Shown piece by piece: positions 47,050 to 57,053 of a stretch of DNA of 64,000 nt. The DNA lies in NCBI GenBank assembly GCA_964635905.1, contig CAZWPK010000002.1, positions 13,621-77,620 on the forward strand, in the 5' to 3' direction. The notes under the pieces are model-generated. The model was not told where the DNA came from, searched no databases, and saw only the letters and a list, made by a program, of their open reading frames with translations. How positions within the stretch are numbered: position 1 is the first letter of the stretch; every line of letters begins with the position of its first letter. The translations under genes and the position numbers were made by a program. The DNA is from an uncultured Pseudomonadales bacterium (GTDB lineage Bacteria > Patescibacteriota > Microgenomatia > UBA1400 > UBA12028).

Positions 47050-48702
47050 TTAGTTCTCATCTATTGGAGTTGTTTGGAGGGTTTCCACTTTGTACACTTT
47101 GCAGAGGCTATAGCACTCATCCATCACTAGGGTCAAGCGAAAATCTTTCTCCATCTGTGCCCTGGCCTGATGCAGGAAGCCTTCATTTCCAAGACCATAG
47201 GTGGATAAATACACCGGATATCCTTGTTGTATATACTCTGCATACACTGCTGTGAGGTTTGAATAGTCATGTTCTCCCCATGTTTGCGTTCGAGCATTCC
47301 GAAATTCTTGTTCTTTATGCAATGGCAACAAAATCATTGGATTTTTGGCATAAAAATCAAATAAGAATGGTGGGACGGGTGAAATAACGACTGGTTGTTT
47401 TGCAAATGACTGCGTTGAGAGATAGGCATCAACCTTTCGAACGGACACATAATACCAAGGATTTTCTGCATATTTTAGGTTTAAAGATATTTGAAATTTC
47501 AATCGTGAAGCATTCATCCCCAAATACAAGATCATTAATCCGGCAATCCCGAGTCCAACCCACAACGACCGAGTTTTGGCTATTTGGTAGAGTTTTGTAC
47601 AAGCAATTCCAATCCCAATCACTGCGATAGGAATAGCATGGTAGAAATACCGCGCATCGACCACATAAAACATGCTCATAAAACCAATTGTTGCTCCGTA
47701 GATACCAATGGAGGTAACAGAGAAGAGTCGATATTTCTTATCAACGATGCCAACCCCAATCCCCACCAAACTCAGAATGGCTAGATAGCGTGGAAGTAAG
47801 GTTTCTTGCTTCCACAGTAGTGGGAGTTGATCCCCGGTAAGCCACCGAATGTAGTTTGGTGCATGTGCTTTCATGTACCCTGCGGAAAAGAACGTTTGAT
47901 CCGGAACGGATGGAGTATCTCCTGGAGCATCACTGATTGCTTGTTTTTTGGGAAATAAAATCGAGGCTACCATGTGAAACTCCGTTGTCTGCCGAATAGA
48001 GTACTCCATCGTTAAATAGACAGACGCACACACCACTGCACCGAAAATAAAAAGTCCCACTGGCTTCCAGTTTTTCTGTTGATACGACAGAAGAGCACTC
48101 TTTACAAAGAAGACGAGTCCATACACGGCACTCACCGGAATACTGGCAAATTTGGTGGCGTAATACGATATTGCTAGAGCTCCACCCAAAAAGAATTTTT
48201 TACTTGTTGGTCGTGTACATAACACATACAAACCCAAGAGTGTTAGCAGCAATTGTAAATTTTCTGCCATGGCTAAGGTTGGATACCACACTACGATTGG
48301 ATGCGTGATGAACAGAATACATAAGAAGAGTTGAAGGATCCCTGCATCAAAAAACTTGCGAACGAGTGCATAAAACACCATCAAGGAAAGTACAGAAAGA
48401 AGGACATTGGCAACATACACCATTCTTGGATCATTGAATACTGCAAAGAAAGGGATAAAGACCAGCGAGTAAAAAGGTGGAACACCTGGAACTATTTTCC
48501 CAAGTCGATCCATGGAAAATCCATTTCCTAAAAGGAGATTTCGCGCAGGCAGAATGTAATGAAAAGAGTCTGGGTAGGGTTCAAAGTTTGGAATCAGCGT
48601 ACGCTCTGAGAATGGAGTTCGAGCGAGTAACAATAATAATCCTGCAAGTGCAATCCAAAAAATCCAGTGACGAAGAAATAAAGTACTCACTATAGTTATC
48701 AT
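47050..48702 (-). CDS. GT-C-like multi-pass membrane glycosyltransferase
   Basis: PDS..Y...A loop, PP.YS, M.E.L, TK and ARY; multiple TMs. Confidence 0.7.
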   Translation of the reverse strand: MITIVSTLFLRHWIFWIALAGLLLLLARTPFSERTLIPNFEPYPDSFHYILPARNLLLGNGFSMDRLGKIVPGVPPFYSLVFIPFFAVFNDPRMVYVANVLLSVLSLMVFYALVRKFFDAGILQLFLCILFITHPIVVWYPTLAMAENLQLLLTLLGLYVLCTRPTSKKFFLGGALAISYYATKFASIPVSAVYGLVFFVKSALLSYQQKNWKPVGLFIFGAVVCASVYLTMEYSIRQTTEFHMVASILFPKKQAISDAPGDTPSVPDQTFFSAGYMKAHAPNYIRWLTGDQLPLLWKQETLLPRYLAILSLVGIGVGIVDKKYRLFSVTSIGIYGATIGFMSMFYVVDARYFYHAIPIAVIGIGIACTKLYQIAKTRSLWVGLGIAGLMILYLGMNASRLKFQISLNLKYAENPWYYVSVRKVDAYLSTQSFAKQPVVISPVPPFLFDFYAKNPMILLPLHKEQEFRNARTQTWGEHDYSNLTAVYAEYIQQGYPVYLSTYGLGNEGFLHQARAQMEKDFRLTLVMDECYSLCKVYKVETLQTTPIDEN

Positions 48703-50228
48703 AGGTTGTGTAATAGCTCTTGTAACGTCGTTTCAAACTGCGCAATATCATAGCTCTTCGCTTTGACCTTGGCTTGTGAAGATAGTGTAGCAAGTTGCTT
48801 TGGATCTTCAATCAGGCGTTTAGTGTGTAATCGTAGCTCGTCGATGGTTTTCCAAGTATATCCCTCATGTTCACTGACGATCTCTTTCTGCCCTCCCGCG
48901 GCATAGACGACTGGAACACAACCAGACGCCATCGCCTCCACAGTCGATAATCCAAAGTGTTCAGCAGCCTCAGGATTGGAGTTGAGATCTTCTTGATAGC
49001 CAGTAGCATGCCAGTAGATCTTCGCCTTGGAAAGTAAGGAAGACACCTTTCTTGTATCCGCATCCGTATGAATTCGAATGGGGTACCCAGATGATTTCGC
49101 CAATACAAGTGAAAAATACGCTTGATGAACTGGTTCACTTGCAGGTTTTCCAACGAAGTGAAGTTCCCATCCGGTCAGTCCGGCATCCACTAACTGCCGA
49201 AATGCCATTACAAGATCCAATTGCTTTTTGCTGTGACCCCCTGAAAAAAATCTTCCGATATGAATGATTTGATTCGCTTTGTTATGAGAAGCGGTGAAAG
49301 AGTTTGCCGAAATCGGTGGGAAAAGTACGGTTGAATTTTTTCCCCAATACTTCAAAATCCAGTGTTTAGTATATTCCGAGATTGCCCAGATTTCTTGATA
49401 GCTAGCAATGCGCTGAATGAAATTCAGGCTGGCACCGCCAGTCAATCGAACGGAAGCCTCTGGGAAAAGCGATGCAAATAGTTTCCAGCCTAAAAATCGC
49501 AGAGAGGGAATATTAATGGACTCCAGTCGCACGTGCTCGTGCGAGATCCCTTCAGGAATCTTGATTCGAATCCCCCGGTCACGAAGGAACTCCTGATTTT
49601 TAAATTGGTAGAGCATTCGTTTATTCGGTACATCGGCAACACTAACTGGTAGTAGTTTTTTCTCTCCACAATAGAACTCGATTGACTCGATTAAGGACGC
49701 TGGAAATTCAGGCATGGCGATAACCAACTCAACTAGAGCTAGTTTTTGTTGCGAAAAAGTAAGGATGGATTGTGATGACAATTCACGATCAGTAGTAAAT
49801 CCGATTAGTCTCTTTGGATAAATAAAGAGCCGTTGAAGCAACGGGACAATGAGACCTTGCTTCATTTTTTCTTTGAGGGTAGTCGCCGGCTTTGCCGGAA
49901 AGAATGGAAGCAAGACCCCACGTTTTGCACTGTTGGGCACAATATCCATGTGTGAGGCGTTGATGAAAAGATCAAAGTTTTTTGAAATTGAGCCTAGTTG
50001 TTCTTCGTTGATATCCGATACAAGTTGCGTTTGCACAAATTGAAGATCGATCCCAAATTCATGCGTTGCTTTCCTTAAGTCAATCTCAATCTGAGAAATT
50101 AAGGTTACCTCATATCCCAAACGATGCAGACTATTGAGCAGAGCACAGACCATGCGCTCACCTCCACCCATACGGAAGAACCAACGATCGTAAACGGCAA
50201 TGGTACGAATTTCAGCGGAATGTTTCAT
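48699..50228 (-). CDS. GT4 glycosyltransferase with an internal insertion
   Basis: GGGER, IGRFF...HSKKQ, YWHATG and EHFGLSTVEAM. Confidence 0.88.
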   Translation of the reverse strand: MKHSAEIRTIAVYDRWFFRMGGGERMVCALLNSLHRLGYEVTLISQIEIDLRKATHEFGIDLQFVQTQLVSDINEEQLGSISKNFDLFINASHMDIVPNSAKRGVLLPFFPAKPATTLKEKMKQGLIVPLLQRLFIYPKRLIGFTTDRELSSQSILTFSQQKLALVELVIAMPEFPASLIESIEFYCGEKKLLPVSVADVPNKRMLYQFKNQEFLRDRGIRIKIPEGISHEHVRLESINIPSLRFLGWKLFASLFPEASVRLTGGASLNFIQRIASYQEIWAISEYTKHWILKYWGKNSTVLFPPISANSFTASHNKANQIIHIGRFFSGGHSKKQLDLVMAFRQLVDAGLTGWELHFVGKPASEPVHQAYFSLVLAKSSGYPIRIHTDADTRKVSSLLSKAKIYWHATGYQEDLNSNPEAAEHFGLSTVEAMASGCVPVVYAAGGQKEIVSEHEGYTWKTIDELRLHTKRLIEDPKQLATLSSQAKVKAKSYDIAQFETTLQELLHNL

Positions 50229-51240
50229 ACAGTTTCATCGATGTTTGCCAAGTTGAACGAGTACGCGTCACCCATAGAATTTTTGGTAGCTTTACCATGA
50301 CTTGCCAGAGCACACTGAAACGAAGTCGTGCTATCTCACTCCAACGATTCATCGAAGATTGATCTGCACGAATCATCAGGTTGAAAGCTCGGAGGCAGGC
50401 TACGGCAATAAATTCTAGATACCTAAACAATGCGTTTGCCACTGTAAAAAGTGGAAAATGCTTTGCAATAAATAGCAGTCTACTCCTCTCAGTTTGAAAG
50501 ATGAAAAAGGGAGAGGCAATATGACTAGAAGCTCCGTGGTGATGCCATACGATAGCCTTAGGTGCATAGGCACAATGATAGCCATTCAATCGTAACCGCA
50601 AAGAGAGATCCACGTCCTCGTAGTACATAAAGTAATCGGGATCAAAACCTCCAACTTCCTTAAAGGCAGATCGTGTTACTAACATACTCACCCCGCAACA
50701 GGCAGGAACGATCGTTGGTTGCTCAAAAAAAACACTATCCTCCTCGTAGTCGTCCGCACCATTGCGTGTCAGAATTCCACGATCTCGGACATACCCTTGC
50801 TTAAAGATGAGAATCCCGGCATTTTGTACTTTTGGAGTGTTCCTTTTTGAAGAGAATAAATACACGCGCGGTGTCACCGACGCAATCTTGGGGTTTGCAC
50901 GTGCAGCAGACACGAGCTCAAGTAACCAATCCGGTTCAACTTGGGTATCTGAATTTAAAAAGACTAGATATTCTCCCTTGGCAACTGCCGAGGCTTTGTT
51001 ATTAGCCTGACCAAACCCACCATTGGTTGTTTGAGGAATAACAGTTACTTCTGGGTGGTTTTTAGAAAGAAATTCAACAGATCCATCGGTGGAGGCGTTA
51101 TCGACAACGATGATTTCAACACCGTGTGAAAAAGACTGTTGCTGCAAGGAGAGCAGACAGGGACCCAAGAACGACTTCCCATTAAAATTCACAATAATAA
51201 TGGATACATCTACTTTTTCTGATTTGGATACAGTCGCCAT
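50212..51240 (-). CDS. GT2 glycosyltransferase
   Basis: IIVNFNG, VDNAS, FLNSD and YFMYYEDVD. Confidence 0.9.
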   Translation of the reverse strand: MATVSKSEKVDVSIIIVNFNGKSFLGPCLLSLQQQSFSHGVEIIVVDNASTDGSVEFLSKNHPEVTVIPQTTNGGFGQANNKASAVAKGEYLVFLNSDTQVEPDWLLELVSAARANPKIASVTPRVYLFSSKRNTPKVQNAGILIFKQGYVRDRGILTRNGADDYEEDSVFFEQPTIVPACCGVSMLVTRSAFKEVGGFDPDYFMYYEDVDLSLRLRLNGYHCAYAPKAIVWHHHGASSHIASPFFIFQTERSRLLFIAKHFPLFTVANALFRYLEFIAVACLRAFNLMIRADQSSMNRWSEIARLRFSVLWQVMVKLPKILWVTRTRSTWQTSMKLYETFR

Positions 51241-52895
51241 AGGCTATATGTCTGATCTTGATGGAGTAATTGTACGTCAGGAACAGTTGAGAAACTAGCG
51301 AAGGTCGCGGGTGTTGCCTGCTCATGCAGGACTAGGGTAACGTCATTATCTCGCAGTCTCGAAACCAAGTCTGTGGGTTGCGCATTCCTCGTCTCCAAAT
51401 CCAGCGATTTAAGTGAACTCGGCAGAATCCCACTATACCCGTTCATCAGCCTACACGGACTCGTTACTGTCCACATCATTAACTGTGATGTAACAGCAGG
51501 GTTTAATGCGACCAATGCGGAATCATGATAGGAAAAAACTGGAAGACTAAGTAAGACATCATCAGGTTTACATGCAGTATTTAACCATTCCACATAATTC
51601 GGCTTGGCGATCGGAGTCACTGGAATTGATAAGGGAATGGTTTCAAGAACGTAGAAAAAACTGAAAACTACGATCCATTTGCGATGTTTTGTCGACTTGG
51701 AAAGGTATTGGATTGCAAGGCTTGCAAATACTACACAACCCAACACAAACAAAAAATACCATCGTGACGGAGATCTAAAAAAGCTAAGAAAAGGAAAAAG
51801 TTTGAGAACAATCAAATACGGTAACGGAAACCCGGTGTAAATACCATTTAGTGTCAGACGTGTCCCTAGGGAAAAAATGAAACCCACACTCGTAAGACCT
51901 AACGCAACCCATCCCAACTTGGTTGCTTTTAACGTCAAACGTTTCCGCCAAACAAAAAATCCAATCACAACCAAGGCTAATAATGAGAAACCAATCCACC
52001 GAGCAGGTTCTCCTGCACCACGATGATTACGTGCATTCCAGTCAACAAACGAAGGAATCGATGACGCGACCGTGGGATATCCACGACTAAAAAGATAGTC
52101 GGTCGGCTGCGCAGCGTAATCGACATACATCCCTGCGTCGGGAGTGGCCTGATAGGTGTTTTGAATTGTACGATACGCAAACAGCAACGGACCGGTGCAC
52201 ACCAAAAAGACCACACTAAAAACAAGAGTATTCTTCAATAATTCTTTTCGATGGTGATCCGTTAAAAATTCAATACCCCACCAAAGCGTGAGAAGTGCTA
52301 GTGCCATTGTGCCCAAATACACGGAGAGATACCACTGTAGCGATAACAATAGAGCTATCATAATGAATGATTTTCGCCCAGAGGGTTTTTGCAGCAAGAT
52401 CAGCACACTGTAGATCGGCCAAAAGGACAACATCTGCAAGTGCGGCAATTGGGTAAACAGATACGGAGATACCGAAAAGAGTAAGGTTAAGAACGTATGG
52501 GACCATCGATTTGAAGAAAACTGCCGTGTGAATATCGCAGCAGAAACAACATTGAGAAACAACGTCAGTAGAAGCCCTGCATTCACGAGATGAATAGGTG
52601 TCACTGAAAAAAACGATAGAGGAAACAACAACAAACTTAGAGGATAAAAAGTATCTGAGAAGAGCAACGACTGTGTGGATGGATAAAAAGCATTTCCAAA
52701 AAACACACCTGCGTTAAAGATACCGCGTAGATTCCCCACACCACTTTGGAGAATCCAGGCATACAACGGATAATCGATTCCATCAAGTAAAGAGCTGTCC
52801 ATGTCACCAATCAGCCCTCGAAACATGAAAATGAGAATTCCTGATACCGTTACAATTGGAATTAGTGCTCCACTCTTGAGCATCTTGGTTGTCAT
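51210..52895 (-). CDS. Multi-pass membrane protein (YfhO/GT-C-like)
   Basis: D....W, FYP....L.FSD, HLQ, R.P.RW and NGYSG; start likely 52895. Confidence 0.72.
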   Translation of the reverse strand: MTTKMLKSGALIPIVTVSGILIFMFRGLIGDMDSSLLDGIDYPLYAWILQSGVGNLRGIFNAGVFFGNAFYPSTQSLLFSDTFYPLSLLLFPLSFFSVTPIHLVNAGLLLTLFLNVVSAAIFTRQFSSNRWSHTFLTLLFSVSPYLFTQLPHLQMLSFWPIYSVLILLQKPSGRKSFIMIALLLSLQWYLSVYLGTMALALLTLWWGIEFLTDHHRKELLKNTLVFSVVFLVCTGPLLFAYRTIQNTYQATPDAGMYVDYAAQPTDYLFSRGYPTVASSIPSFVDWNARNHRGAGEPARWIGFSLLALVVIGFFVWRKRLTLKATKLGWVALGLTSVGFIFSLGTRLTLNGIYTGFPLPYLIVLKLFPFLSFFRSPSRWYFLFVLGCVVFASLAIQYLSKSTKHRKWIVVFSFFYVLETIPLSIPVTPIAKPNYVEWLNTACKPDDVLLSLPVFSYHDSALVALNPAVTSQLMMWTVTSPCRLMNGYSGILPSSLKSLDLETRNAQPTDLVSRLRDNDVTLVLHEQATPATFASFSTVPDVQLLHQDQTYSLWRLYPNQKK

Positions 52896-52923
52896 AATAG
52901 AGTTTTGGTCGTAGACTTTGGCT

Positions 52924-54729
52924 ATGGTTGCGCTGCTTACACATCTAATCAATATCTTCTCCCACTTCATTGTTGATGGACTCGTTGCGTTGATCGCAAT
53001 TATCGCAGTAGGAGGAGCCTCACTTGTCCTTCCTCAGATTCGACAGTCAGAGTATCGGTCTGCCTTCCCGTATCTTTCTGTTGCATTCTTTATTCTAGCG
53101 TTAGAACTGTCGTTGCGTGTTCTTCCTAATCCTCTGCTAGTCATACAAGTTGTCACCTGTCTGTTCATTAGCATGAGTATAGGAGGATATCTGTTGGTTG
53201 GAAAGAGACTCGTAGCATCCTTACTGCGCTCAACAGTGTTTTTGGGCGTAATTGTTGCCGTTACACTACTCTGCGGATTCTTCCTCTACAACCTTACCTA
53301 CCAAAATGGACTCCACGACGAGTACTACCATCATGCAAATATCAAACTATTCTTTGAATCTCCAACCTATCCCTTTTTGGAACCCTATCGCATTGGCAGC
53401 ACAATCTCTGGATATCATGTTGGGCTCTACTTTCCTGTTATCGCCTTAAAAGCACTGACTGCACTGAGTGTGGAACAGTCGTTAGACATCATGAAGTTGA
53501 GTCTATTCATCCCAGCTCCCTTAGTACTCTCAAAATTGCTTGCCCGCTATTTCTCCATTTCAGACTTTTCAAGTGCTGCTTTGACTGGGATAGGTTTTAT
53601 TGTGGGACCAAGTCTCTTTTTGCTCGATTCGTTTAGCGATAATGTGCTTCGTGGATTGTCGTATCCTCAATTACATACGCCAATTTTGTTTGAGTATGCC
53701 GGCTTAACGTGGCATGGACTCACCTTCTTTTTGGTTTTTACCCTAGTGATCCAACTAATCCTTCGGGATCAAACGGACTTTCTTCAGAAGCTTCTCAGAT
53801 TGTCACGTCCAAGCGTCGCAACATTCCGATCACTACTGCTCTTTGCATTCTGTAGTGTTGCAAGTTTGTGGTTCATCAATCGAGCCTTTTGTCTAGCATT
53901 TGTCATTGTAGGGATTGTTACGGTTCTTTTTTATCTTATCCGCCAACTTTCTATCAAGTACCAACAGATACTTCTTGGACTAGTCGGGGTTATCATCACC
54001 CTCTTGGTCATTGCCACACTGTTTGGAAACTACGCTCCACTCTTTCGTTCACCAAATACCTGGGGGGTAGTCTATTTAGACCTTTTAATAGACGAATCGG
54101 CTGTTTCAAGATTTCGGTATGCGACCATGACCCAATTGGTGTTTTGGAAATACTTAGGAGTCTTAGGATTGTTGACTATTACACTGGGAGCAGTGAAAAA
54201 AAGATTCTCAGACCCGTGGCTATTTACAATACTGTTCCTATTCCCTGTCTGGGTCTATTTTGGAAAAACTCCGGGAGCTGATGCGGATGACCTTGCCTTC
54301 ACAAAATTGCTACGACCTTTATTTTTAATACTTCCAATGTGTGTATACGCCTACTCAAAAAGCTGGAAGCCTCTTCCACGTTCCATCGTGACAGCTCTCA
54401 TCGTGTTGGGCTGTTTGTCACCCGCGTACTTTTTTATTACAGCACGCTTTTCTGGGATACAACAAGATTGGGTTGTCACGGAACCAGCTCTCCACGACCT
54501 TGTAGATCATCTCCCCTCGCATTCACGAGCAGTTGGCATTCAAGCAAATACCCAGAGTCTCCAACATGTCATTGCGAATGTTGTTCATGCGCAAGTGGAA
54601 ATTTGCTACACAGCCTGTGGAGAGCGAACTGAGGTAACCTATATCATCGAACAAAAAGAAAAACCGATGCAAGTTGCTTCAACTCGGAAAATAGTCTACG
54701 AGAATGCTTCCTACCGACTCTATCGATAG
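52924..54729 (+). CDS. Multi-pass membrane protein, GT-C-like
   Basis: More than 12 hydrophobic segments with a DEYYH...YP...P...YH loop. Confidence 0.65.
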   Translation: MVALLTHLINIFSHFIVDGLVALIAIIAVGGASLVLPQIRQSEYRSAFPYLSVAFFILALELSLRVLPNPLLVIQVVTCLFISMSIGGYLLVGKRLVASLLRSTVFLGVIVAVTLLCGFFLYNLTYQNGLHDEYYHHANIKLFFESPTYPFLEPYRIGSTISGYHVGLYFPVIALKALTALSVEQSLDIMKLSLFIPAPLVLSKLLARYFSISDFSSAALTGIGFIVGPSLFLLDSFSDNVLRGLSYPQLHTPILFEYAGLTWHGLTFFLVFTLVIQLILRDQTDFLQKLLRLSRPSVATFRSLLLFAFCSVASLWFINRAFCLAFVIVGIVTVLFYLIRQLSIKYQQILLGLVGVIITLLVIATLFGNYAPLFRSPNTWGVVYLDLLIDESAVSRFRYATMTQLVFWKYLGVLGLLTITLGAVKKRFSDPWLFTILFLFPVWVYFGKTPGADADDLAFTKLLRPLFLILPMCVYAYSKSWKPLPRSIVTALIVLGCLSPAYFFITARFSGIQQDWVVTEPALHDLVDHLPSHSRAVGIQANTQSLQHVIANVVHAQVEICYTACGERTEVTYIIEQKEKPMQVASTRKIVYENASYRLYR

Positions 54730-54735
54730 AGACAG

Positions 54736-55077
54736 TTATTTCTTTAGATTAGCAAGAACGATACCAATTAGAATCAATCCCGCTGCAACAATACGAAGTG
54801 GTGGAATGCTTTCCTTAAGAAAAAGTGATCCTAAAAGCATCGTTGATAGTACAAGACTTCCTGCAGCGATGGGGAAAATATACGATAGATCATTCTTTGA
54901 CAATAAGACCAACCACATAAGAAATCCCACTCCGTACAGTATTCCTCCCAACCAAAACCACGGATGAAGAAGTAGTGTTACCACGGACTGTCCAGCAAGA
55001 ACAGTAAACTCTCGTCGCAGTAAAGCGAGCCCGGAAGAGCTTAAGAGTGCATAAATTCCTAAATAGAAAAATGTCAT
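54736..55077 (-). CDS. SMR/EamA-family (ArnE/F-like) putative polyprenol-P-sugar flippase
   Basis: Four TMs, LS..FP and FLKE....RI....LI..G; coupled to the GT2 gene. Confidence 0.78.
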   Translation of the reverse strand: MTFFYLGIYALLSSSGLALLRREFTVLAGQSVVTLLLHPWFWLGGILYGVGFLMWLVLLSKNDLSYIFPIAAGSLVLSTMLLGSLFLKESIPPLRIVAAGLILIGIVLANLKK

Positions 55078-55081
55078 AGGT

Positions 55082-56041
55082 TTACTGTACCTTCTTTGTA
55101 AAGATGCGATCAATGATATACAGTGGCCGTCTCTTTGTTTCTAAATAAATATTTCCGATATAGATACCAACCACACCTAACAAGATTAACTGTACGCCAC
55201 CAATGAATAACACACTTGAAATTATGGATGCCCATCCAGGTAACACAAAGGTTCCATGCAGTAAGAACATCAGGATTGCATAGACGCCGTACAATCCGGA
55301 GATCACCGACAGTCCACAGCCACAAATGACCATTAGATACAGCGGCCGCACGCTAAATGACGTAATCCCCGCTATCGCAAGTTTTATCATCTTGAACACC
55401 GTATAGTGCGATCGCCCTTTGTATCTAGCGGAGGCAATATACGGCACAGCAATGGCATCAAATCCTACCCAAGCAATGATCCCTCGTAAAAAGAGCGTGG
55501 ACTCACTCATGCTCTTTACTACGTTGACAACTTTTCGATCGAGAAGTCTAAAATCTGCTGCTCCAGGTTCCAGTTTCACACCTGATAAAAATCGAAAGAC
55601 ACTATAAAAAAGTACTGAAGAAAAATGTTTTAACAACGCGGTTGAATGCGGATCTTGCCGCACAGTGTACACTACTTGCTTGCCTTTTCGCCAATGTGAA
55701 AGGAGTGTGTGAATGAGCTTGGGAGGATGTTGCAGATCCGCATCCAGACTAATCACACAAGCTCCGGAGGCATGTTCAAGTCCAGCCATTAAGGCTGATT
55801 GGTGACCAAAATTTCTTGAAAATCGAATCCAGGACAATACGTGAAATTTCTGTTGAAGCTGCACGAGACGTTTTGACGTTTGATCCGTACTTCCATCGTC
55901 AATCACGATGATTTCAAAGGCTTCACTTTTCTTTAACGATTTCTCTAACTGACGTACGACTAAGGGGATGAGAACAGGAAGATTTTCCGCTTCATTGAAA
56001 GCTGGAATGATCACCGAGACAGTCGGAGACTTTTGCTTCAT
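55082..56041 (-). CDS. GtrB/ArnC-like GT2 polyprenol-phosphate glycosyltransferase
   Basis: IPAFNEA, SRNFGHQ, DADLQHPP, DFRL, two C-terminal TMs and E.K.RP.Y. Confidence 0.9.
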   Translation of the reverse strand: MKQKSPTVSVIIPAFNEAENLPVLIPLVVRQLEKSLKKSEAFEIIVIDDGSTDQTSKRLVQLQQKFHVLSWIRFSRNFGHQSALMAGLEHASGACVISLDADLQHPPKLIHTLLSHWRKGKQVVYTVRQDPHSTALLKHFSSVLFYSVFRFLSGVKLEPGAADFRLLDRKVVNVVKSMSESTLFLRGIIAWVGFDAIAVPYIASARYKGRSHYTVFKMIKLAIAGITSFSVRPLYLMVICGCGLSVISGLYGVYAILMFLLHGTFVLPGWASIISSVLFIGGVQLILLGVVGIYIGNIYLETKRRPLYIIDRIFTKKVQ

Positions 56042-56087
56042 AACAATCTGCATCGTCAATCTAATTAATGATATGATCACTCACATC

Positions 56088-57053
56088 ATGCGCATCATGG
56101 TTACTGGGGGAGCTGGTTTTATTGGCTCTCATCTATCAGCACGACTACTAGAACTTGGTCATTCGGTTGCAATTTTGGACAACTTCGACCCCTATTATCC
56201 TGTAACGCTAAAGGAGTATAACCTTTCCCTGTTACAACACAAGGGATTGCAGGATTGCATCAGAGCCGACATTTGTGATCCTAGCGCAGTAACCCAAGCG
56301 ATTTCGTCGCAGCACCCCGATATCATTATTCATTTAGCCGCAAAAGCTGGTGTTCGTAATAGTGTTGAGCATCCACTAGAGTACCTGCAAACAAACATCA
56401 TTGGAACGCACCATATCCTTCAAGCTGCAAGTAAGTACGATGTCTCAAAAGTTTTAATTGCTTCAAGCTCCTCAGTCTATGGAAGTAACACCAAAGTTCC
56501 ATTTAAAGAATCGGATCGAGTCGAAAACCAAGTCTCTCCCTATGCAGCTAGTAAACGCGCTATGGAAGTGATGTGTAAAACCTATCACGAGGTGTACAAA
56601 TTGCCACTCCAGTTATTTCGATTTTTTACAGTCTACGGTCCTTCCGGCCGACCCGATATGGCTCCTGTGTTGTTTACACGTGCCATTGATCAAGGGAAGC
56701 CGATTACTGTTTTTGGCTCCACTGCTACCCAGCGCGACTATACCTATGTCGACGATGTGGTAGCCGGACTAGTGGCAGCTATGGATGTAGACGATAGATT
56801 TGAAATATATAATCTTGGGAATAATCAACCCAACTCTTTGCAGACGTTCATAACCACCCTTTCCTCATTACTAGGGAAAAAAGCAATGCTTGAGATTACA
56901 CCCAAACGAGTGGGTGACGTTGAGCGTACTTGGGCGGATCTTTCCAAATCAACAACCAAATTAGGATATCAACCATCGTTTTCACTTGAACAAGGATTGA
57001 AACGTTTTGTGGATTGGTATCTAGAACACAAGAATTTGTATGAGAAAACTTAG
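56088..57053 (+). CDS. UDP-glucuronate 4-epimerase-like SDR
   Basis: GGAGFIGSH, HLAAKAGVR, ASSSSVYG, SPYAASK, RFFTVYGP.GRPDMA and RDYTY. Confidence 0.85.
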   Translation: MRIMVTGGAGFIGSHLSARLLELGHSVAILDNFDPYYPVTLKEYNLSLLQHKGLQDCIRADICDPSAVTQAISSQHPDIIIHLAAKAGVRNSVEHPLEYLQTNIIGTHHILQAASKYDVSKVLIASSSSVYGSNTKVPFKESDRVENQVSPYAASKRAMEVMCKTYHEVYKLPLQLFRFFTVYGPSGRPDMAPVLFTRAIDQGKPITVFGSTATQRDYTYVDDVVAGLVAAMDVDDRFEIYNLGNNQPNSLQTFITTLSSLLGKKAMLEITPKRVGDVERTWADLSKSTTKLGYQPSFSLEQGLKRFVDWYLEHKNLYEKT

